The notes under the pieces are model-generated. The model ran no database searches, was not told the origin of the DNA, and worked only from the letters and a program-made list of their open reading frames with translations. From positions 30,141 to 94,140 of IMG/VR virus record IMGVR_UViG_3300009183_000059: a stretch of 64,000 nucleotides of DNA; one strand, 5' to 3'. Numbering within the stretch: the stretch's first letter is position 1; every line of letters begins with the position of its first letter. The translations under genes and the position numbers were made by a program. Shown here in pieces: positions 20,022 to 30,709 of this stretch. Origin of the DNA: a virus.

Positions 20022-20699
20022 ATGGCAAATGTAAATAATATTATCGTTGGTGCCGCTAACGTTTGGGTTTCAAAGAAAGACTCAACACAGGTAGCAGCAT
20101 GGCCAACATACGCATTACCAACATTCACAGCTAACACAACAGCAGCGACAGCAATGGACGCAGCTACAGGCGCAACAGGTTGGAGAAACGTTGGTTTTAC
20201 ATCAGAAGGAATTGAAGTACAATACTCACCAGATTACGGTGACATTCAGGTAGATCAGCTACTTGATACAGCTAAGCTTTTCAAGCAAGCAATGACAGTT
20301 TCAGTAAACACAACATTAGCAGAAGCAACTCTAGAGAACCTATTGTTCTCATTCGCACAAGCGAATGATACAAAGGATGCTACAACAGGTGCAGGAGCAG
20401 ATACAGCTTACGTAAAAGGAACTGGCGGAGAGTCACTAGGACTTGAGGCAGGAGCACTTGGAGCAGAACCAGTAGAAAGAGCACTTGTGTTCATTGGTAA
20501 CGCACCACGTTCGACAGCAGGTGTTAAGAGAGAGCGTCTATATCATGCACGTCGTGTATTGAACGTAGAAGCTTCTTCACACTCATACCGTCGTAATGAA
20601 GCAACAGTATTCCCAGTATCATTTAGATTGTTACCAGACCCAGCATTTTCAGGCGCTGAGTACGGAATGATCGTTGATCGTCAAATTGCAGCTTCTTAA
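20022..20699 (+). CDS. Major tail (tube) protein
   Basis: NIIVGA, W..VGFT.EG, VDQL.D, T.LAEATLENL and FPV.FR.LPD motifs. GGAGG SD. Confidence 0.88.
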   Translation: MANVNNIIVGAANVWVSKKDSTQVAAWPTYALPTFTANTTAATAMDAATGATGWRNVGFTSEGIEVQYSPDYGDIQVDQLLDTAKLFKQAMTVSVNTTLAEATLENLLFSFAQANDTKDATTGAGADTAYVKGTGGESLGLEAGALGAEPVERALVFIGNAPRSTAGVKRERLYHARRVLNVEASSHSYRRNEATVFPVSFRLLPDPAFSGAEYGMIVDRQIAAS

Positions 20700-20724
20700 T
20701 AACTAAATTTATTTAGTCTCAATT

Positions 20725-20760
20725 AAATGGCCCCTATTCGTAGGGGCCATTTCTTGTCTT
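20725..20760 (+). terminator. Intrinsic terminator after the tail tube gene
   Basis: AAATGGCCCCTA-TTCG-TAGGGGCCATTT followed by a T-rich tract. Confidence 0.8.
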
Positions 20761-20815
20761 AATACCTAGTGTCTGGTAAAATTGTACAGAGACTAACAGA
20801 AATAGGAGGAGTACT

Positions 20816-21148
20816 TTGGCTACCAAGGTATACGAAACGTACGAAATCGAACTACAAAATGGAACAGTGGTTACACTTAGACCATTACCAATTGCACAAT
20901 TAAGAGAGTTTATGACTCATATGGCAAAGCTTGACGGGTCCCTCAACGAAAACGAAGCAGTAGATACACTGCTCGCTGCATCAGCAGTTGCATTAAAAAC
21001 ATCAGCTCCAGAATTAGCTGCTAACAAGGGTGAACTAGAGAATGCTCTAGACATGCCAACAATTATGAAAATTGTTGAAGTGTGTGGAGGTATCAAGATG
21101 GACGACCCAAACCTCTTGGCGGCAGCTCTACTAGCTGGTCAGAACTAG
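20816..21148 (+). CDS. Tail assembly chaperone (G-like)
   Basis: TTG start after AGGAGGAG; lies between the tube and tape measure genes. Confidence 0.85.
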   Translation: MATKVYETYEIELQNGTVVTLRPLPIAQLREFMTHMAKLDGSLNENEAVDTLLAASAVALKTSAPELAANKGELENALDMPTIMKIVEVCGGIKMDDPNLLAAALLAGQN

Positions 21149-21468
21149 ATTTAGTTGCCGTAGAATCAGAGGCCTTTTTGTTAGGTCTCTGGAAAAATTT
21201 TCAAGACCTGGAGGAGTCAATATCAATGCCTGAACTGCTAGCAATTCTTGAAGCATCAAGAAAAAACAAGAATGAAGAACGCAAGTTCTCTGCTGCTTTG
21301 CAGGGTGTTAAGATTGACGATCCTGAAACAACAAAGTCGTTTGATGATATCAAGCGACGTGCAATGGGCTACGATACAGAAACAAATGACGTAGCATCAT
21401 TAAGAGGCTCACTCGCAGAACAGGAAGGTTTCGGAGTAGGTCAAGGCCTAGGTTATAAGGAAGAATAA
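21082..21468 (+). CDS. Tail assembly chaperone frameshift extension (T part of GT)
   Basis: -1 frame ORF overlapping the end of G and ending 3 nt before the tape measure gene. Confidence 0.8.
   Translation: MWRYQDGRPKPLGGSSTSWSELDLVAVESEAFLLGLWKNFQDLEESISMPELLAILEASRKNKNEERKFSAALQGVKIDDPETTKSFDDIKRRAMGYDTETNDVASLRGSLAEQEGFGVGQGLGYKEE
21106..21112 (+). other. -1 programmed frameshift site C CCA AAC
   Basis: In-frame X XXY YYZ heptamer. The -1 frame is open to 21468, and GGAGG lies at 21086-21090. Confidence 0.8.
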
Positions 21469-21471
21469 CAA

Positions 21472-24400
21472 ATGGCTGATATTTTAAATGTAAAGTTCAC
21501 CGCCAATGCTGATTTTGGACAGTTAATATCTGAAGCCAATAGAGCAATGGCGGTGCTTTCTAAATTTAGAAATCAGGCCCTTTCAGAGAACATAGGTTTA
21601 AATAAAAAAGATTTTGATGTTGCAGTCGGTGAATTTAGAAAAGCAGTTACTGCAGCAGGATATTACAATGCATCAATAGTTGACGTTACATCATCAACAC
21701 AAAAATTTGGTAAAGAATTAGCTGGTCAAAGATTAAAGCTAAAGGACTACTACAGCGCTTGGTCTGAATATAGCAGGGGCGCACAGGGACAAATAAGAAA
21801 GCTTGCACAAGAGCAAGTTAGAATGAACTCTTCTATTGTTAAATCATTAGGAAGAGATGTCAGTGGTGCTCAGAAAGCAATGGTTATTACCCCTACTGGA
21901 ATTGACGCAGTAGCAAGTGCCTCTAAAATTGCAGCAGCAGAATTATCAATTTATCATAAAGTCTTAAGAGATGGATCAACATCTTTAATTAACTGGGGTA
22001 AAAATACTCAATGGGCAGGACGTCAGTTAACAGTTGGTCTTACATTACCATTAGCAATTTTTGGTAAGACAGCATCAGAAGCATTTAGAGCAGCAGACAT
22101 GGAGCTCACAAGACTTGCAAAAGTTTATGGTGGTATTGGTGGAGTTTCATCTGAACAATTAACTAAGGTTAAAAAAGATGTAACTGAGCTTTCAACAGTA
22201 TTAGCAAAAACATATGGAGCATCATTTCAGGATACACTTGGATTAGCTGCAGATATTGCTGCAACTGGTAAAGAAGGAAATGATTTACTAGGATCAGTTG
22301 CTGAAACAACAAGACTAGCAACGCTTGGCGATGTTGATAGACAAGAGGCTATGAAGGCAACATTAGCACTTCAAAGTGCATTCTCAATGAATACAAAAGA
22401 GCTTGCAGAATCAATTAACTTTCTTAACGCAGTTGAAAACCAGACATCAACAACACTTTCAGATTTAGTAGAAGCAATTCCTAAAGCTGGACCAGTTATC
22501 CAAGGTCTTGGCGGAACCGTAAAAGATTTAGCAGTTCTTCTTACAGCAATGAAAGAAGGTGGGGTTAATGCAGCAGAAGGTGCTAACGCATTAAAGTCTG
22601 GATTAGCATCTATGATTAACCCAACAAAGGTTTCCAGAGATTTGCTTATGAGCTGGGGAGTTTCAATTGATGATATTGTAACTGGAAACGCTGGCGATAT
22701 TGTTGGAATGATGCAAGAGCTAAAAAAAGCACTTGATCAATTAGATCCACTACAAAAACAAAAAGCTATCGAACAATTATTTGGTAAATATCAGTTTGCA
22801 AGAATTAATGCATTACTTGAAAACTTAGGTAAAGAGGGAAGCCAGACACTACAAGTATTTGATTTAATGAAAGCATCGACATCAGATCTTGGATCTATTG
22901 CTGATCGAGAATTAAAATCATTAACAGAATCTGCATCTGGAAGATATAAAAGAGCGCTAGAAACATTTAAAGCTGCAATTGCAGATATCGGTGAGCCATT
23001 CTTAAATATTATGGCAAAAGTCCTTGATGTTGGCGGAAAAGTTTTGGGTGTATTTGGCAAAATGCCAGCACCATTAAAAGCATTCGTAACTGGCATGGGT
23101 GTCTTAACAGCATTAGCTGGCCCATTGATTATGCTTACTGGTCTTATGGCTAACTTCTTTGGATATATTGTAAAAGGCGTAAATGCACTAAGACAATTTA
23201 GAAGCGGGGCTGACTCATTTAAACTTGTAACAACAGAAACAATTGCAGCAGATCAAGTTGCAGATGCATATACACAAAGTATTTATTCGCAAAAAGATGC
23301 CGCAACAATTCTTAGAGTAGAGCTAGAAAGACTTGCACAGGCATATAGAGATGTTGCTGGAAGTCAGCAGGGAGGAGCTCCAGGTCCTAATTCTGGTGGA
23401 GTAATGCCACCTACTATTATTGGCCCAGGCGGAGGAACACCAACCTCAACAAGAAAAGATCCAGAGCTTACACAATATCAACAGACTATTGATGACATCA
23501 TTAATGACCCAGAAATGGAGCAGGCCAAATTAAGAGCAAGAGAAAAAGCTAAAGCATCAGGATCATTCAAGAGTGTTGTTGAACAACAGCAGGCAATGCT
23601 AGCTGAAACAAAAAGTTCTGGCGGACATGATTTCCAGGCACCAATACATGCGGCAGTTGCAAAGCAAGCTGGACTTGGTGATGGAACAAGATTTACATAT
23701 GGTAAAGATACAATTGATGTTGCAAGCGGAAATTATGAGAGTGCTCATTTAGATCCATCTACAAAAGTTGATAAAACATATGGATCAACAGTACAATCTA
23801 AAAGCGCTAATCAAACAATTGCAGCTAGAGGTATTAAAGATCAGGGAGAATTTCTTCAATATACAGAGTCAGACTACGAAAGAATGGCTATTGCAAATGA
23901 ATATACTCAATCAAAAACTAGAGCTGGTGGAAGAAAAGGATCTGTTTCTCAAAAAAGAATTAAAGACGCAGTTGCTCCATTTAAAAAAAGATTTGGTGGA
24001 GATCTAGGATCTGCAGCACTTCAAGAACAACTTCAATCATCTGTACCAGTTTCTACTATGGCACCAACTTCACCAGTAGTATCAAATACTAGAAAAGCAA
24101 CAGCTGTATATAATGATCCAAATACAGATATGGCTACAAGAAAGTCTATTGATAGAAATAGAAAGAAGACAGGGCAAGCACCTTTAGGCGGAGTTCCAGA
24201 CACACGAAAAGTTGAAAAGGGAATGGTTAACTCTGCAAAAGCAGCAAAAATGTTTAATAATAATATAATGATGTCTGTAGGTTCACTTGGAATGGCAGCA
24301 TCAATGTTAAATCAAGTTACTGGATTACAAAGTGGTTTAGTCTCAAAGGCATCAGAGTTTGCAATGGCTCTAGGTTTTGGTTTACCAGCCGTCAAAGCTT

Positions 24401-26850
24401 TGGGCGGAGGACTTAAATCAGTAGGAGGCTCTTTAGCTAAGAGTGGTGGATTAGTTGGAGGATTAGGAAGAGGCCTTGCAATGATAGGCGGCCCATACGG
24501 TGCAGCAGCAGTAGCTGGAATTGTTGCAATAACTATGGCAATTAAGTTTATGCAAAAACAACATGCGGAGGCACTTGCTAAGGCAAAAGCTGATATTGAT
24601 GTATCTGCAGCAGCAGTAGAAAAATTTGGTGGAAATGCACTAAATGCTCAAACAGCATTTAAAGCACTATCAGAAAATGCTGGCGCACTTAGATCTAAAA
24701 TGGCTTCAAGTACTGAAGACTTTTCATTACTTCCAAATCAAAAAGAAATCGATGCTGTTAGCAAAGATGTAAAAACATTAATGCAAGACCAGATTAAAGC
24801 AGCTGGTGGGCTCAAAGATCGTGGTGCAGCAGAAGAATTTGCAAGAAACCTTAAAGCAACATTAGTTTCACAGGGTGTTGGGGAACAACAGGCAAACGCA
24901 ATTCTGGGTTCTATACTTCAGCAAGCAAAAAAAGAAGAATTTACAGTTCCAGTTATGATGGCAATTAAAGGCATTAGTACAAAAGAATCAGCTTTAGATG
25001 CTTTAAAGACTGCAGCAGAAAAAACATTTAATGAAATTCAAGATAAGCTGAATGCTGGTCTATTTATTACTGAAGCAACACAAGGAAGATTTGCTACACA
25101 GATAAGTAACCTTGCAGGTCTTGCTGTAAATCAGGTAGGCAAGTTTGAAGACATAAATAAAATTGTAAGCTCATTACCAGATGGAATGGAAAATTTAAAC
25201 TTCCAACAGCTTCAAGCTACATATAGTGGACAACAGTTATTAGCAAAACTTAAAGAAACTAATGCTCCTTTATATGAAGCATTTATGACAGCAGGCTCAC
25301 TTGGAGACGCAATAACCCAAGCGGCAGCTAATACCCTTGGATTAGTAAGCGCTTTATCTGGAGTAGAAGCTTCATTTGATATTGCTGCACAGCAAGCACA
25401 GAAACTTGCAATTTCAGAATCTTATGGCGCATCTGGAATACAGAAAAAATATGATGCGAAAATTAAAGCAGAAAATGCAGCAATTGCTGCAGTTCGCAAA
25501 AGAGCTCAGGCAGAAAAAGATGCTGCAGATAATGAAAAAAATGCTATTGATGAAAAAATATCTAAGCTTAAAGATGAGATTGATGTAATACAAGAAGCAA
25601 CAGATAAGCGTAAAGATCAACTTCGTGTTCAAGAAGAAGCAGCTAACTTTGAAAAGGAAATAGCTACATCTAGAGCAGAGCAAAATGTAGCTATGTTAAC
25701 TGGTAACTTTGCAGAAGCTGCAATTATTGGATTACAGATAGATAAAAAGATGAATTCAAGATCAGTAGATCTTGCAGAAAAATCTATTGATGATAAATCT
25801 AAAGCAGAAGTTAAAGCTCGTGAAGATGAAATTAAACGTCATGAAGATAGAAAGAAAGAAATACAAGATCTTACTGACGCACAAATTCAAGCAATTGATG
25901 CTCGTGCAGCAAAAGAAATTGCAAAGCATCAGGATGTAATCAAGGCTACTCAAGCTGCAGCTGCACAAACTGCTTCTGATTTTAGAAAGCTTTATCAAGA
26001 AGCAGCACAGGGTAATCAGAAATCATATAAAGATCTACAGGTTCTGCTTGGAAAAACTGGCGGAGATCTTGGAGTTCTTCAGGGCTCATTTACTAAATTT
26101 GCTGAAAAGGCTACTTCTGATTTTAAAAAGTTTTTCTCAAACACAATAAAAGCTCTACTAGGTAGCAAGTATCAACTAGATGATGCTACTGGCAAAATAT
26201 ATGAAAATGGTGCAGATGGAAAACGTGGCAAACAAGTAGGAGACATGGGATCTGGATTCCTACAGATGTTTGGATTTACTGGTGGAGCATCAGGCGGAGT
26301 TGGGTATTTCCCAGCTCCTGCAGATATTATTAAGAGGGGCGGACTAGTTGAAGGAATGGCTTCATATGTAGCAACTATGAAGTTTAGAGATAAAGATGGT
26401 AAAGAATACTCTAAGAATGCAATTGATGGAATGTGGGATGGAGCAAGCATGGATGAAGAGACATCTGCTCTATATGCTAAAGAAACTGGAAAGGGATCAG
26501 TATTCCTTGGATATGCACAAAGATATATGGGTGGACCAGTAAAAGGGAATTACAGAATAAAAGCTCAGGCATTTGATGGTGCAAGAACTATGTCGTCAAC
26601 TATGCCATACATGGTTGGAGAAAAAGGACCAGAATTATTTATACCAAATATGAACGGAAATGTGGTACCATCAGATAGGTTATTTAATGCGGTAAGACAA
26701 ATGAATCTATCAGGCTCTGCAGGCGGAAACGAGTATAATATTAATGTAAGCGTTATGAATTCAGGCGCTAGCGCAGATCAAATTGCTAATGCAATCCAGT
26801 CTAAGATGAAGCTTATGGATCAAAGAGTAGGGGTATCAAGGAGTGTATAA
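21472..26850 (+). CDS. Tape measure protein
   Basis: 1792 aa, Ala-rich and helical, with a TP901-like core (GKNTQWAGRQL, AVENQT) and C-terminal VGEKGPELFIP. Confidence 0.95.
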   Translation: MADILNVKFTANADFGQLISEANRAMAVLSKFRNQALSENIGLNKKDFDVAVGEFRKAVTAAGYYNASIVDVTSSTQKFGKELAGQRLKLKDYYSAWSEYSRGAQGQIRKLAQEQVRMNSSIVKSLGRDVSGAQKAMVITPTGIDAVASASKIAAAELSIYHKVLRDGSTSLINWGKNTQWAGRQLTVGLTLPLAIFGKTASEAFRAADMELTRLAKVYGGIGGVSSEQLTKVKKDVTELSTVLAKTYGASFQDTLGLAADIAATGKEGNDLLGSVAETTRLATLGDVDRQEAMKATLALQSAFSMNTKELAESINFLNAVENQTSTTLSDLVEAIPKAGPVIQGLGGTVKDLAVLLTAMKEGGVNAAEGANALKSGLASMINPTKVSRDLLMSWGVSIDDIVTGNAGDIVGMMQELKKALDQLDPLQKQKAIEQLFGKYQFARINALLENLGKEGSQTLQVFDLMKASTSDLGSIADRELKSLTESASGRYKRALETFKAAIADIGEPFLNIMAKVLDVGGKVLGVFGKMPAPLKAFVTGMGVLTALAGPLIMLTGLMANFFGYIVKGVNALRQFRSGADSFKLVTTETIAADQVADAYTQSIYSQKDAATILRVELERLAQAYRDVAGSQQGGAPGPNSGGVMPPTIIGPGGGTPTSTRKDPELTQYQQTIDDIINDPEMEQAKLRAREKAKASGSFKSVVEQQQAMLAETKSSGGHDFQAPIHAAVAKQAGLGDGTRFTYGKDTIDVASGNYESAHLDPSTKVDKTYGSTVQSKSANQTIAARGIKDQGEFLQYTESDYERMAIANEYTQSKTRAGGRKGSVSQKRIKDAVAPFKKRFGGDLGSAALQEQLQSSVPVSTMAPTSPVVSNTRKATAVYNDPNTDMATRKSIDRNRKKTGQAPLGGVPDTRKVEKGMVNSAKAAKMFNNNIMMSVGSLGMAASMLNQVTGLQSGLVSKASEFAMALGFGLPAVKALGGGLKSVGGSLAKSGGLVGGLGRGLAMIGGPYGAAAVAGIVAITMAIKFMQKQHAEALAKAKADIDVSAAAVEKFGGNALNAQTAFKALSENAGALRSKMASSTEDFSLLPNQKEIDAVSKDVKTLMQDQIKAAGGLKDRGAAEEFARNLKATLVSQGVGEQQANAILGSILQQAKKEEFTVPVMMAIKGISTKESALDALKTAAEKTFNEIQDKLNAGLFITEATQGRFATQISNLAGLAVNQVGKFEDINKIVSSLPDGMENLNFQQLQATYSGQQLLAKLKETNAPLYEAFMTAGSLGDAITQAAANTLGLVSALSGVEASFDIAAQQAQKLAISESYGASGIQKKYDAKIKAENAAIAAVRKRAQAEKDAADNEKNAIDEKISKLKDEIDVIQEATDKRKDQLRVQEEAANFEKEIATSRAEQNVAMLTGNFAEAAIIGLQIDKKMNSRSVDLAEKSIDDKSKAEVKAREDEIKRHEDRKKEIQDLTDAQIQAIDARAAKEIAKHQDVIKATQAAAAQTASDFRKLYQEAAQGNQKSYKDLQVLLGKTGGDLGVLQGSFTKFAEKATSDFKKFFSNTIKALLGSKYQLDDATGKIYENGADGKRGKQVGDMGSGFLQMFGFTGGASGGVGYFPAPADIIKRGGLVEGMASYVATMKFRDKDGKEYSKNAIDGMWDGASMDEETSALYAKETGKGSVFLGYAQRYMGGPVKGNYRIKAQAFDGARTMSSTMPYMVGEKGPELFIPNMNGNVVPSDRLFNAVRQMNLSGSAGGNEYNINVSVMNSGASADQIANAIQSKMKLMDQRVGVSRSV

Positions 26851-26852
26851 CA

Positions 26853-27284
26853 ATGCCATTTAAAATATCCCTACCTAAAAGTTCCCTTGTTGAGATAGAG
26901 TCTACCACCGATACTTGGAATAAGCTTACTGAGCATAATCGTGGTGCGCTGGAAATGTCTACAGAAAGAATTGAAGATACAAAGCGTATGGCAAATGGAA
27001 CTTTAAGAAAATACTATGTTGCTGATAAAAAGTCATTCTCAATGTCTTGGGATTTTGTTCCAGGGGCACAAACTCACCTAGTAGATACAGCATGGTCAGT
27101 AAATGATCTACAAACATTCTACAACTCAGCAACTGGAAAAGCATCATTTAGAATTAGAATCAAAAAAGCGGATGGCACATATGAGGGTCCATATACTGTC
27201 ATATTCTCAGGTTTTTCACCCACTATTGTAAAACGTGGAGTAGATACTTTCTATAATCTGTCAATAGAAATGCAGGAGGTTTAG
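26853..27284 (+). CDS. Distal tail (Dit-like) protein
   Basis: Follows the tape measure gene; RMANGTLRKY...K..FS.SW motif. Confidence 0.6.
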   Translation: MPFKISLPKSSLVEIESTTDTWNKLTEHNRGALEMSTERIEDTKRMANGTLRKYYVADKKSFSMSWDFVPGAQTHLVDTAWSVNDLQTFYNSATGKASFRIRIKKADGTYEGPYTVIFSGFSPTIVKRGVDTFYNLSIEMQEV

Positions 27285-30257
27285 TTGATAAGCATTCCAG
27301 CATTAACACAGATCCTGTCAGAAAATACATCAGTAAAGGCTCTGCCTAAAGTCATATTTGAATACAATATGAACGAGATGGCAGGCACCGTTGAGGTAAC
27401 AACTTCCTCAACTCAATCAGATATTATAAAAGAATTGTTCCCAGCAAAGTCTATAGTTCAGTCATTTAGACCATCAAAGGCAGGAGTAAGATACGCAATT
27501 CTAGGTACAGGCTTGACCCTAGGCACATATAAAACAAAGGTCATCCCTACAACAAGAACATATATGGTTGATAAAAATATACCTTACACCTATTTCTTGG
27601 CTCAAGGAAGCGCAGTTGCCGTTGTATCATATAAAAATAAATCTGGAAGTGCTGCACAAAATATATTAACAAATAAAATATCTGTTCGTGTAGAAACTGG
27701 CCATGGCTCAAATACAATATCTATAGGCTCACTATATACTGGATCAGTTCCTTCATCTGGAATTGTAGACATTTGGTATAACGGAACTGCTTGGACAACT
27801 ACAGAGCCAGCAACTTATGCAACTCCACAATCAATATCAACATTAACAGTAACCGTATCAGGAGGGACATTTAATTCAATCATTGAGGTATCTCCAAAAT
27901 ATGTTTTAGATGTCACAAACAGAGTTATATCTGTTAATATTGATAAAGATGATTCAATGAATGATGACAAACTTCCAGTTGGAATGCTTACAGCAAATGC
28001 GGCATCACTTAATCTGTCAACCATAATTCAAGACGATATAGTTCAGTTTCTTCGTGGTGACACCATTGTCTCAAATAAAGTGATGATAACTAATAACATA
28101 AAATGCATAGTCAAGTTTATTATTGAAGATACACATTCTGTTCAGCAGGGAGTATTTTATATAAATGACTACAGCTCTGATGAGTATGGAAACTATTCAA
28201 TTAAAGCACTAGATGTTGCAAAGTTTCTTCAAGAGATACCGTGTCCCGAAATAATGCTAAAGGATTCATCCTTCCAAGCAATTATGTGGAGAGTTCTTGA
28301 TGCAGTTGGATTTGTGGACTATGATTTTTCAAAATGCACAGCAGACGTTTTAACTTGTAGATATTGGTGGGGCGATTCAAACAAATCAGTATGGCAGGTA
28401 ATACAAGAAATTTGTAGAGAAAGCCAAACAGTAGCTTATGTAAACGAATCTGGAACATTGGTGTTTATAGATAGAGACACATTCTACAGCTCAATACCAA
28501 ACTACACATGGACTTTTAGATCCACCCCACTTGCAAATATGAAGCCAGATATTATTCAGTTGTCATCTTCATCTAGACCAACAACTAATGCTGTAAGAAT
28601 TAAATATAATGTTCCAACAACAAGTTCCCAAGAAGCATCTTCTCAACCACTGTGGACCGAACAATCACCATCAACTTTATTTGCGGCTCCTTATAAAGGA
28701 ATATCTTCAGGTTACATCTTATATCCAGAAAGAGGAGTGTTCTCAGATGTTATCCCAACGAGATTTAACTCCTACATTCTTGTAGGCGGAGAAATTATAG
28801 AATATGATGCTATAAGATTTCAATCTCCAGATGGAGAAGTTGATGTATCTTCTGCTGGGCAGTATCTTGAATTAAGAGCAAAGCATAATAATAACTTGAG
28901 TCCCGTAGGAAAACTAAAGATAAAAGCTAGAAATGTATTTGGAACCCCAAATACAACAGCAAATCCCGTTCAGTCACCATCTTTAATTCTAGATGGATAC
29001 AGTGCAAGACAAATTAAACTAGGAACAACAACAAATAATTCTGTTGATATATCAAAAGTTTGCGCTATGAATCAATCTGGAAATAACATGTCTGCCTTAT
29101 CTATAAGTGCATCTGGCTCTAAAGATGATTTATATTTAGTTAGTAAGACATTTCCATATACATCAGACTCTGAATTTTTCCAAATAGGTACAGCAATTGG
29201 ATTTGAATTAGCCTCAGCATCCCAGATAGGAATTCAACAGACTTCTGGAATGACATTCTTCTGGAATAATTCTACTAATAGTGGATACCTACTTCTACTA
29301 TACTCAACAAGATCTGCACAGAATGTTAAGCAGAAATCGGAAGCTGCTTTGTATAAAGTTACTAATGGGTCAGCCAAACTTCTTGAGAGCGTAACCTCAA
29401 ATATATTTGAAGAGTCTTTTTATGGATTAGATATCTTAGTGCACAAAGAATCAACTAAGAATACTATTTTTATAAGTGTTAATGGAAGTACAATCGAATA
29501 TGAAGACGCAACAAGCCCAATCGCTGCAACATCAACCATAGGTCTTGTGGCTGGAGGTCAATCAACTGCATACTTTGATTATCTATACTCATTAAAGAGA
29601 GACGCATTTGTACTAGATATATCTGCATCAAGAACTAGCGGTAGGCTGTTATCCAATTCATTTTTCCAGAAGTTTACATATGATTCTGCCACAGCATCTA
29701 ATTTAAAATATGATGAATTTGGAGATGTGATTAGAGAGCTATATAAGGCTGAGGCTCAATATGAATCTGCATATGCTATTGCAGCCCAACCATCAGACGG
29801 TCTTGCCCAGGTGGTAGGACAAAGGCTTGGATACTATAAGGGTGAGTTTTATGTATTTAATACTTCATCTTCTACAATTGCCCTAGCTGGCGGAGACGGC
29901 AAAGACTTATTTGTGTATGGTGTATCTGTAGCAAATGCTGGTCAAAATTTTTACAACTCAGATGACAAAATTACGGATGTAAAGCAAATAACCTCATTTG
30001 ACTCTCAGTGGATACAAAGCAAGGAAGCGGCCAAAAGCCTATCAGACTTCCTTACAAAGCAATGGTCTAAGTCAACAGTAGACATTGATATGGAAGTTTT
30101 TGGAAATCCTGTACTTCAGGTGGGGGATATTGTTACAATTAATTATCCAGAAAGAGGTTTTGACGGATCTGGCAAGTTTGTTATCAGATCTATATCACAT
30201 TCTATGGATATTGGAATAAGCACCAGGCTAAAACTACGTTCGATTTATTCGGCTTAG
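27285..30257 (+). CDS. Tail tip/baseplate hub (Tal-like) protein
   Basis: Y.NE.G.L.F and C-terminal FGNP.LQVGDIVTI.Y motifs. Confidence 0.7.
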   Translation: MISIPALTQILSENTSVKALPKVIFEYNMNEMAGTVEVTTSSTQSDIIKELFPAKSIVQSFRPSKAGVRYAILGTGLTLGTYKTKVIPTTRTYMVDKNIPYTYFLAQGSAVAVVSYKNKSGSAAQNILTNKISVRVETGHGSNTISIGSLYTGSVPSSGIVDIWYNGTAWTTTEPATYATPQSISTLTVTVSGGTFNSIIEVSPKYVLDVTNRVISVNIDKDDSMNDDKLPVGMLTANAASLNLSTIIQDDIVQFLRGDTIVSNKVMITNNIKCIVKFIIEDTHSVQQGVFYINDYSSDEYGNYSIKALDVAKFLQEIPCPEIMLKDSSFQAIMWRVLDAVGFVDYDFSKCTADVLTCRYWWGDSNKSVWQVIQEICRESQTVAYVNESGTLVFIDRDTFYSSIPNYTWTFRSTPLANMKPDIIQLSSSSRPTTNAVRIKYNVPTTSSQEASSQPLWTEQSPSTLFAAPYKGISSGYILYPERGVFSDVIPTRFNSYILVGGEIIEYDAIRFQSPDGEVDVSSAGQYLELRAKHNNNLSPVGKLKIKARNVFGTPNTTANPVQSPSLILDGYSARQIKLGTTTNNSVDISKVCAMNQSGNNMSALSISASGSKDDLYLVSKTFPYTSDSEFFQIGTAIGFELASASQIGIQQTSGMTFFWNNSTNSGYLLLLYSTRSAQNVKQKSEAALYKVTNGSAKLLESVTSNIFEESFYGLDILVHKESTKNTIFISVNGSTIEYEDATSPIAATSTIGLVAGGQSTAYFDYLYSLKRDAFVLDISASRTSGRLLSNSFFQKFTYDSATASNLKYDEFGDVIRELYKAEAQYESAYAIAAQPSDGLAQVVGQRLGYYKGEFYVFNTSSSTIALAGGDGKDLFVYGVSVANAGQNFYNSDDKITDVKQITSFDSQWIQSKEAAKSLSDFLTKQWSKSTVDIDMEVFGNPVLQVGDIVTINYPERGFDGSGKFVIRSISHSMDIGISTRLKLRSIYSA

Positions 30258-30277
30258 ATTGGTATAATGGAGATATA

Positions 30278-30709
30278 ATGACAAAAAAGACGGTAACAAT
30301 TCATGAGGTCAAAGACAAGCCAAAGATTGTCGTAGACAAAAACTCTCCTGCCGCATACCTAGTAGCCTCAAAATTTATTGATCCTCAAGAAACCTATAAA
30401 ATATATGGAAGATCGTCTGTAGACGCAGAAGGTGAAGAAAACGACGGAAGGTCTGACGATGATGACTCAAGCTCAGAATCAGAGGGTACAGTACTTCAAG
30501 CACCAGAATTTACTGATATCTTTTTAAAAAGAAACGGTTCATTTGAAAACCTTAACCCATCAAATAAATATGGAGTCCTGTACAATGTTTCTGGAACTTC
30601 AAGAGCTTTAGTAGAATTAGAATTCAAGGTAATGATACCGCTTGATCTGGTAGATGTAGTTACTGGAATTGAAATATTATCTGATAACGAGGTGGTTGCT
30701 GAACTATGA
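30278..30709 (+). CDS. Hypothetical tail-region protein
   Basis: ORF with GGAGA SD; TGGTATAAT upstream. Confidence 0.6.
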   Translation: MTKKTVTIHEVKDKPKIVVDKNSPAAYLVASKFIDPQETYKIYGRSSVDAEGEENDGRSDDDDSSSESEGTVLQAPEFTDIFLKRNGSFENLNPSNKYGVLYNVSGTSRALVELEFKVMIPLDLVDVVTGIEILSDNEVVAEL

